From assembly GCA_027031765.1 (NCBI GenBank), contig JALVPN010000198.1, positions 1 to 6,450 of the forward strand: DNA of 6,450 nt, read 5' to 3'. Below the pieces are notes generated by a model. That model was not told the DNA's origin, ran no database searches, and saw nothing but the letters and a program-made list of their open reading frames with translations. The translations under genes were made by a program, and so were the position numbers. This document shows, piece after piece, positions 1-4,749 of this stretch. Origin of the DNA: Promethearchaeota archaeon (GTDB lineage: Archaea > Asgardarchaeota > Thorarchaeia > Thorarchaeales > Thorarchaeaceae). The number at the start of each line of letters is the position of its first letter. Position 1 is the first letter of the stretch.

Positions 1-1
1 A

Positions 2-187
2 ATCAAACAGTGTCCGAACATCAAGATAGTTTCCAAGTACGGTGGTACCATTGTCGTACAGGACAGGGTGCCGGGTCACCCCGACCAAGGTGCCGAGTTC
101 GTCATATCGCTACCAGCGGCCACAGTGCCACCACAGACCCAATCCAATGCCTCACATGCCGCCCACTCAGTAGCACCGGAGGGATAG
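2..187 (+). CDS. C-terminal fragment (5'-truncated by the window) of a sensor histidine kinase / HATPase_c-domain protein
   Basis: Frame +2 is open from base 2 to TAG at 185-187 and reads IKQCPNIKIVSKYGGTIVVQDRVPGHPDQGAEFVISLPAATVPPQTQSNASHAAHSVAPEG*. The stretch 'IV..YGG.I.V.D......G..F.I.LP' matches the end of the HATPase_c fold (final helix, GG turn, two strands, G-x-x-F-x-x-x-LP). It is absent from the ORF track because there is no start codon in the window. Confidence 0.7.
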   Translation: MKQCPNIKIVSKYGGTIVVQDRVPGHPDQGAEFVISLPAATVPPQTQSNASHAAHSVAPEG

Positions 188-463
188 AGAACCCCCGACT
201 GGCCGGCCCGGGCATGTCCATAGCAGCACGGGTACGCCAACAGAACACGGCACACAACAACCTACACTGGACCACGGAGGGGCTGTGCTAGTGAGCAGTA
301 CTGCAGTGCAAGACCCGGCAGTCTACCAGTGGCCCATCCCTAGCTCCGGACAAGCACGAGGTGATGTGGGGTCGGCGTGCTGGCCACCCCAAGGGCATCT
401 GTACCCGTAGCAGAGTGGCTGGACGTATCACAGCCGGGCCACAATGACGGTGACCACTAGCTT

Positions 464-490
464 GGCGTCCGGGCGGTGTGACAGGACGCC
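464..490. other. GC-rich 7-bp inverted repeat in the convergent intergenic gap (possible RNA hairpin or 3'-end structure)
   Basis: GGCGTCC (464-470), 13 nt, GGACGCC (484-490). There is no adjacent U-tract, so it is not called a terminator. Confidence 0.25.
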
Positions 491-573
491 GCCAAAGGGC
501 GCACCCGCCGGCTCAGACATGACCCCAGGCACACTGCTACTGATGGGTCTGCCCCTCACACTACTGTCGTGGC

Positions 574-3510
574 CTAGCCGCCGCGCCGGGCCCTGACAAT
601 CAGTACGACCATGATGACAATCACGACTACCATGCCAATGATGATGAGCCTGAGCACATTCGGGTCGTCGAAGATGTTGATGTTCGTCGTACTCGTGGTC
701 GCAGTTGCAGTCGTCGTATTCGTGTTCGTAGTTGTGGTAGTTGTGGTCGTACCTGTTGTCGTTGTTGTTGAGGTGGTTGTTGTGGGCCCGCCGGCAGTGA
801 CGGTCACGAAGAGCGTATCACTGACGGACGCACCGCACATGGCCCAGACGGTGATGGTGACGTTGTGGGCCCCCATGCTGAGGCCATCGACAGTCACGAT
901 GATTGGGCTACCGTCCCAGTAACCGGATGTCCAGTCCGCCCCGTCGACCGTCACCTCGAACCTGTACGGACACGATGCCGAGGGCGCCCACGTGACATAG
1001 TGGCCTGTGGTCCCGGTGGGATAGGTGATGTCATCGGGATGGTCGATTTCCAGGTCACTCGCGAAGACCCGGGCGTGGTGGTCACGTACAGTCCCGGTAC
1101 TGGGGATCCAGTACGCGCCAAGACCGTGATAGTCATCCCACGCGTTGCCGAGAGTGGTGCTGTTCCAGTTGCTGTACCCCATAAGGTCGTATGCATTTGC
1201 CACCGATGCGCCCGCGAAGCTGTTGCCGAAGACCGTCCAGTCCTGCGTGAAGCCGCCGAGCAGGATACAGATTGACCCGCCGCACACGGTATTGTTAGAG
1301 ACGTCGCAGGCCACAGTGAATGAGCCCTCAATGCCAGGACCGGTCTCGCTGCAGACCTTGTTGCCGGATATCGTCCCGGCACTAGAGCCTATGACAGAGA
1401 TGCCACCGTCATGTGACCGCCAGACCGTGCAGTCGAGGACGACGAAGCTCCCACTGAAGTGGATATTGATACCGTTCGTGCAGTCGCGGACCTCACATCC
1501 GATGACACGTGTCCCCGCCGAGTGGCACGAGAACACACCTGCTGTGCACTCCGTCATCTGTGTGCTGTAGACCGAGCAGGAGTCGCACGCTACAAGGGTG
1601 ACGCCGATACCTGCCTGTTCGAAGGTGCCCCCAACGACGGTCACACCAGTACAGTTTGCAAGGATGACCTGTCCGTACTCGTCGCCCGAGACCACGGAGC
1701 CGGACTGATTCAGGAAATAGCCAAGTGGACGGCCGTTGACCGTGTTGCCGGAAGCGTACATCCGTGCATACAGCGCGTTGGTGGCTCTCAGGTGAACCCC
1801 GCTCCCCGTCATAGTGTTGTGCTGCAGCGTGCAGTCCTGGGATGAATAGATGTGCACTGCTGCATCCCAGGGACCTGACACTTGGTTGTATGACACGTTC
1901 GCCGTGGAAGATGCATATACACTGATACCATAGACCTCAGAGCCAGAGACCGAGTTGTTGAAGACCGTTGATGTAGGCGACATATACAGACGTATGCCGA
2001 ACTGGTCGGCCCCGTCGATGCTACAGTTGGTGATGGTCGAGCTAGCACAGCGGTAGAGGTAGATGCCAGCGACCGTGGCCCCCGTGACCGTCGTGTTCCG
2101 GAGGCGTAGGTTGCCAGAGGTGATTGCGTAGACACCATATGGGACATTCATGAACCGCCCATTGAGCAGCTCGCAGTTCGGCGAGTCCACAATGATCACT
2201 TGGCCCGCGCCTGAGCAGTCTATCCCCACGGGCGGCAAGTCCCGGAGTACCATCAGCTCCTTTCCATTGACCGTGTTGTCGACATTGACAATCTTGTAGT
2301 CGTCCGGACTCGTACTGACAATGCGGAGTCCGCAGCCGTTGAAGGTGTTCCCAGTGAGGTTCCCGCTAGATGAAGACGACAGGTGCGCACCTGCACGAGT
2401 GCAGTCAGTAAGGGTATTCTCTTCCAGGACCACATTGTCAGAAGCTACGGTCAGAATGCCCTCCTCACAGCCCACAGTGCGGCAGCGATAGACATGCGCG
2501 GCCGGACTGTACCATATCTTGACACCACGAGTACAGTCGGTCAGCTCACAGTCCACCACTGTGACGGCAGACGAGTCCGAACACGTGATGCCAGAGTAAC
2601 AACCCACAGCGCTCACCCCACTCGTAGTCACATTGTCACAATGGAGCAGCTGTACGCCGTCTGCGAGTCCTTCGAAAACACCGCCGACGACGCGGGAGTC
2701 ACTACAGTTGACGAGAAGGAGCTGACCATACAGAGAGCCGTCGACGACAATGCCGGTCTGGTTGGCGATGTAGCCGATGGGCTCCCCGCTGACAGTATTG
2801 TTGTCGAACTGGCCAAAGCAGTGCGAGAGCTTCCCATTTATGTCAATGCCACCCGCTGCGAACACATTGTCCGTGATGGTCAAGCCGTCCACGGTGACCA
2901 CCGAAACACTGCCGCCCTGTCCTACAGTAGTGCACTCACGTACCTGTAGGTCCCCACCACTTCTCACGTCAAGGAACATGGCACAGTACTCAGCACGACA
3001 CAGTGAAATGCTGACACCGTGACAGCTGGTGAGGTATGCACCGGTGGAGCAGTTCCGCAGCCGCACATCTGTCAGCCGCAGCGAGTCGCATCCGGACGCA
3101 GCAATACCATACGGCCTACCGATAATCGTACAGTCCTCGACAACACCGTTGTCCGCCGAGGCAAGACGTATCGCTTCTGAGAACGGTTCTCCGGGGCTCT
3201 CGAAGATGCAGGAACGGATCTCAAAGTATACATCCGTCGACCTGATTGAGATGCAAGGGTCGGCCGAAACAAAGTGTAGTCCGGAGATCACGTAGGGGTC
3301 TGCAAAGGTGCCACTGCCAGGCCATCCCTGGTCGGCAAAGTCAGCGTTCGACATTATACGGATGGGTTCATGTGGCACGTAGTCCATCTGTGCGGGTCGC
3401 TCTGCGTGCATGCCACTACCTGTCAGAGTAGCTGGTAGTACGTTCGGCACGACAGACACTGCCAGCAGGACAGCAACAAGGGCAATACATGCAGGCCATT
3501 CTCTCAACAT
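574..3510 (-). CDS. Large type I membrane surface protein, 978 aa: signal peptide, NosD/CASH-type right-handed parallel beta-helix repeats, Ig-like domain (~796-1047), Thr-rich linker (685-783), C-terminal TM helix (595-648) and basic tail
   Basis: Long ORF 574..3639. The start is moved to ATG 3510 (MLREWPACIALVAVLLAVSVV, signal-peptide-like), which has GGAGG 6 nt upstream. N-terminal cap HEPIRIMSNADF..GWPGSGT..DPY; many ~22-aa repeats such as 'GI.l..s.n..i.nN.v'; C-cap GNAWDDY.G.G.Y.I; beta-sandwich PDDITY..G.TG..VTW...VDGLSMGAHNVTITV; TM LIIIGMVVVIVIMVVLIV followed by RARR. TAG at 574-576. Confidence 0.9.
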   Translation of the reverse strand: MLREWPACIALVAVLLAVSVVPNVLPATLTGSGMHAERPAQMDYVPHEPIRIMSNADFADQGWPGSGTFADPYVISGLHFVSADPCISIRSTDVYFEIRSCIFESPGEPFSEAIRLASADNGVVEDCTIIGRPYGIAASGCDSLRLTDVRLRNCSTGAYLTSCHGVSISLCRAEYCAMFLDVRSGGDLQVRECTTVGQGGSVSVVTVDGLTITDNVFAAGGIDINGKLSHCFGQFDNNTVSGEPIGYIANQTGIVVDGSLYGQLLLVNCSDSRVVGGVFEGLADGVQLLHCDNVTTSGVSAVGCYSGITCSDSSAVTVVDCELTDCTRGVKIWYSPAAHVYRCRTVGCEEGILTVASDNVVLEENTLTDCTRAGAHLSSSSSGNLTGNTFNGCGLRIVSTSPDDYKIVNVDNTVNGKELMVLRDLPPVGIDCSGAGQVIIVDSPNCELLNGRFMNVPYGVYAITSGNLRLRNTTVTGATVAGIYLYRCASSTITNCSIDGADQFGIRLYMSPTSTVFNNSVSGSEVYGISVYASSTANVSYNQVSGPWDAAVHIYSSQDCTLQHNTMTGSGVHLRATNALYARMYASGNTVNGRPLGYFLNQSGSVVSGDEYGQVILANCTGVTVVGGTFEQAGIGVTLVACDSCSVYSTQMTECTAGVFSCHSAGTRVIGCEVRDCTNGINIHFSGSFVVLDCTVWRSHDGGISVIGSSAGTISGNKVCSETGPGIEGSFTVACDVSNNTVCGGSICILLGGFTQDWTVFGNSFAGASVANAYDLMGYSNWNSTTLGNAWDDYHGLGAYWIPSTGTVRDHHARVFASDLEIDHPDDITYPTGTTGHYVTWAPSASCPYRFEVTVDGADWTSGYWDGSPIIVTVDGLSMGAHNVTITVWAMCGASVSDTLFVTVTAGGPTTTTSTTTTTGTTTTTTTTNTNTTTATATTSTTNINIFDDPNVLRLIIIGMVVVIVIMVVLIVRARRGG
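685..783 (-). repeat. Low-complexity ACN-codon tract encoding a 33-aa Thr-rich linker (26 Thr)
   Basis: Translates to TTTTSTTTTTGTTTTTTTTNTNTTTATATTSTT. On + it is an imperfect GTN triplet repeat with mixed third positions, so it is a coding repeat rather than a pure microsatellite. Confidence 0.9.
1600..2802 (-). repeat. Three internal protein-level repeats (period 174-177 aa) in the beta-helix protein
   Basis: NTVSGEPIGYIANQTGIVVDGSLYGQLLLVNCSDSRVVGGVF (Asn codon at 2799), NTVNGKELMVLRDLPPVGIDCSGAGQVIIVDSPNCELLNGRF (2277) and NTVNGRPLGYFLNQSGSVVSGDEYGQVILANCTGVTVVGGTF (1746). Spacings are 522 and 531 nt. Confidence 0.85.
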
Positions 3511-3516
3511 TGTTTT

Positions 3517-3521
3517 CCTCC
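3517..3521 (-). promoter_or_regulatory. Shine-Dalgarno-type ribosome-binding site (GGAGG) of the beta-helix gene
   Basis: The minus strand reads caatGGAGGaaaacaATG, giving a 6-nt spacer to ATG 3510. Confidence 0.7.
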
Positions 3522-3659
3522 ATTGCTCAGATTGTACGTGCAGTAGCAGGTACTGGCCCGGCCCACCACAACGAGTGGGGGCCACACCGGTCCCATACCA
3601 CAGGCACGCGGTAGTACGCAGCGGCCCACCACTGCACACACAGCCCTAGTGAGAGGCCG

Positions 3660-3693
3660 CCCACTTGTACAGTGGGTCAGACAGGCGTCTGAC
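3660..3693. promoter_or_regulatory. Two abutting perfect inverted repeats in the divergent intergenic region
   Basis: CCCACT-tgtac-AGTGGG (3660-3676) and GTCAGAC-aggc-GTCTGAC (3676-3693). The sequence is seen directly; the regulatory role is inferred. Confidence 0.3.
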
Positions 3694-3831
3694 ACACCAC
3701 TGAACCCCCGTATGACGACTCACCGAAATAAGCGTTTGCCGTGGTGGAGGCTGGCCACAGGAAGTGAGATGACGGCTGGGCCCGAACCCCCACTGGTGTT
3801 GCACCTGACCGGGACAGCATCTGTGCCTGCG

Positions 3832-3884
3832 GCCCCTGTTGACAGGGCACTGCGACACAGTAATTAGGTGGCGGCAACAGGGGC
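3832..3884 (+). promoter_or_regulatory. Candidate sirtuin promoter: TAATTA (3861-3866) bracketed by a perfect 10-bp inverted repeat
   Basis: GCCCCTGTTG (3832-3841) and CAACAGGGGC (3875-3884) with a 33-nt spacer. The only pure-AT hexamer nearby lies inside the spacer, about 40 nt upstream of ATG 3904, consistent with archaeal TATA spacing and a short leader. Confidence 0.4.
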
Positions 3885-3903
3885 ACATGACCGGGGAAAA
3901 CGC

Positions 3904-4659
3904 ATGCCCGTCACTGACATGGAGACCATCGTGCGTGCAGCAGAGGTCATAGTGAGTGCCAGGCACATGGTGGCACTGACCGGCGCCGGTATCTCTCAGG
4001 AGTCGGATGTGCCGACCTTCCGGGGAAACGATGGCCTGTGGCGGCAGTACGACCCAATGGAACTGGCGACTCCAGAGGCCTTCAAGAGAGACCCGGGCCT
4101 CGTGTGGGAGTGGTACTCGTGGCGGCAGGGCCTCATTGCCAACTGCCGTCCCAACCCAGCACATACCACGCTCGCGCGGTGGGCACGTGACGGACTGCTG
4201 AAAGCACTGATTACTCAGAACGTCGACGGACTCCACGAGCGTGCAGGTTCAGAAGACGTAATCGAGGTACACGGGAACCTGTGGCGGGTGCGCTGTACGG
4301 AGTGTGACTACAGGGCCCACCTGTCAGCCCCTGCGAGCGGCGTCCCGGAGTGCCCCGAGTGTGGTGCACTGTTGAGGCCTGATGTCGTGTGGTTCGGTGA
4401 GGCACTCGACGCGGCCGTTCTGGCGCGGGTCTGGCAGGAGCTGCACCTTGCCGACGCATGCATTGTCATTGGGACATCCGCAGTGGTATACCCGGCGGCA
4501 CAGTTCCCAGCCACTGTGAAGTCCCAAGGTGGTGCGGTCATAGAGGTCAATGTTGAGGAGACCCCACTCACACCCATTGCGGATGTCCACGTACGGGGCA
4601 GGGCTGGAGAGGTGCTGCCGGCCATAGACAGGGCAATTGCAGCACTCCGCGGGCAGTAG
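3904..4659 (+). CDS. cobB: NAD-dependent protein deacylase, Sir2 family class III (CobB/NpdA type), ~251 aa
   Basis: All sirtuin motifs are present: GAGISQES.VPTFRG..GLW, QNVDGLH (4216), catalytic HG (4270), Zn ribbon CTEC (4294) and CPEC (4351), LRPDVVWFGE, GTSAVVYPAA and EVNVE.TP. The start is uncertain (GTG 3868, ATG 3904 or ATG 3919). ATG 3904 gives the typical ~250-aa length and lies downstream of the TAATTA box. TAG at 4657-4659. Confidence 0.95.
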   Translation: MPVTDMETIVRAAEVIVSARHMVALTGAGISQESDVPTFRGNDGLWRQYDPMELATPEAFKRDPGLVWEWYSWRQGLIANCRPNPAHTTLARWARDGLLKALITQNVDGLHERAGSEDVIEVHGNLWRVRCTECDYRAHLSAPASGVPECPECGALLRPDVVWFGEALDAAVLARVWQELHLADACIVIGTSAVVYPAAQFPATVKSQGGAVIEVNVEETPLTPIADVHVRGRAGEVLPAIDRAIAALRGQ

Positions 4660-4749
4660 AGGTGGCTGCAGGAAACGGCGGACATGCCCGTGGTCTGGCT
4701 GCAATTGCGGGACGACAATAGATAGTATAGCGACCAGGAGCGCACACTG

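Noticed and set aside
236-256. AACAGAACACGGC resembling the 3' conserved region of RNase P RNA
   Set aside because: The following CTTA is absent, no GAGGAAAGTCC-type 5' region is visible, and the RNA body would have to overlap the kinase CDS.
10-291. 93-aa ORF in frame +1
   Set aside because: It has no recognisable motifs and overlaps, out of frame, the frame +2 HATPase_c tail, which has clear family features.
685-790. Triplet-periodic tract considered as a CRISPR array or VNTR
   Set aside because: There is no repeat-spacer structure; it is fully explained by Thr codons.
611-922. Val-rich 103-aa ORF that looks like a membrane protein
   Set aside because: It is the antisense reading of the Thr-codon tract and TM codons of the beta-helix gene (ACN reversed gives NGT/GTN).
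2380-2393. Perfect 14-bp palindrome CAGGTGCGCACCTG
   Set aside because: It lies inside a CDS, is a single copy, and roughly one such palindrome is plausible by chance in this window.
3511-3639. 43-aa N-terminal extension of the 1021-aa ORF
   Set aside because: The extension is low-information. ATG 3510 has a GGAGG RBS and begins a signal peptide.
865-3695. Numerous 60-190 aa ORFs overlapping the beta-helix gene
   Set aside because: They are antisense or out-of-frame shadows typical of GC-rich coding DNA, with no motifs.
3904-4659. Sirtuin as an anti-phage SIR2 NADase (Thoeris/DSR/pAgo-associated)
   Set aside because: It is a stand-alone ~250-aa protein with the Zn ribbon, catalytic His and class III motifs of housekeeping deacylases, and has no defence partner genes nearby.
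209-4690. Shared 11-mer GGACATGCCCG (reverse at 209-219, forward at 4680-4690), each ~21 nt after a plus-strand TAG; it resembles a p53 half-site
   Set aside because: Several 11-mer matches are expected by chance in a GC-rich window this long. There are only two copies, in opposite orientations, and the p53 resemblance has no meaning here.
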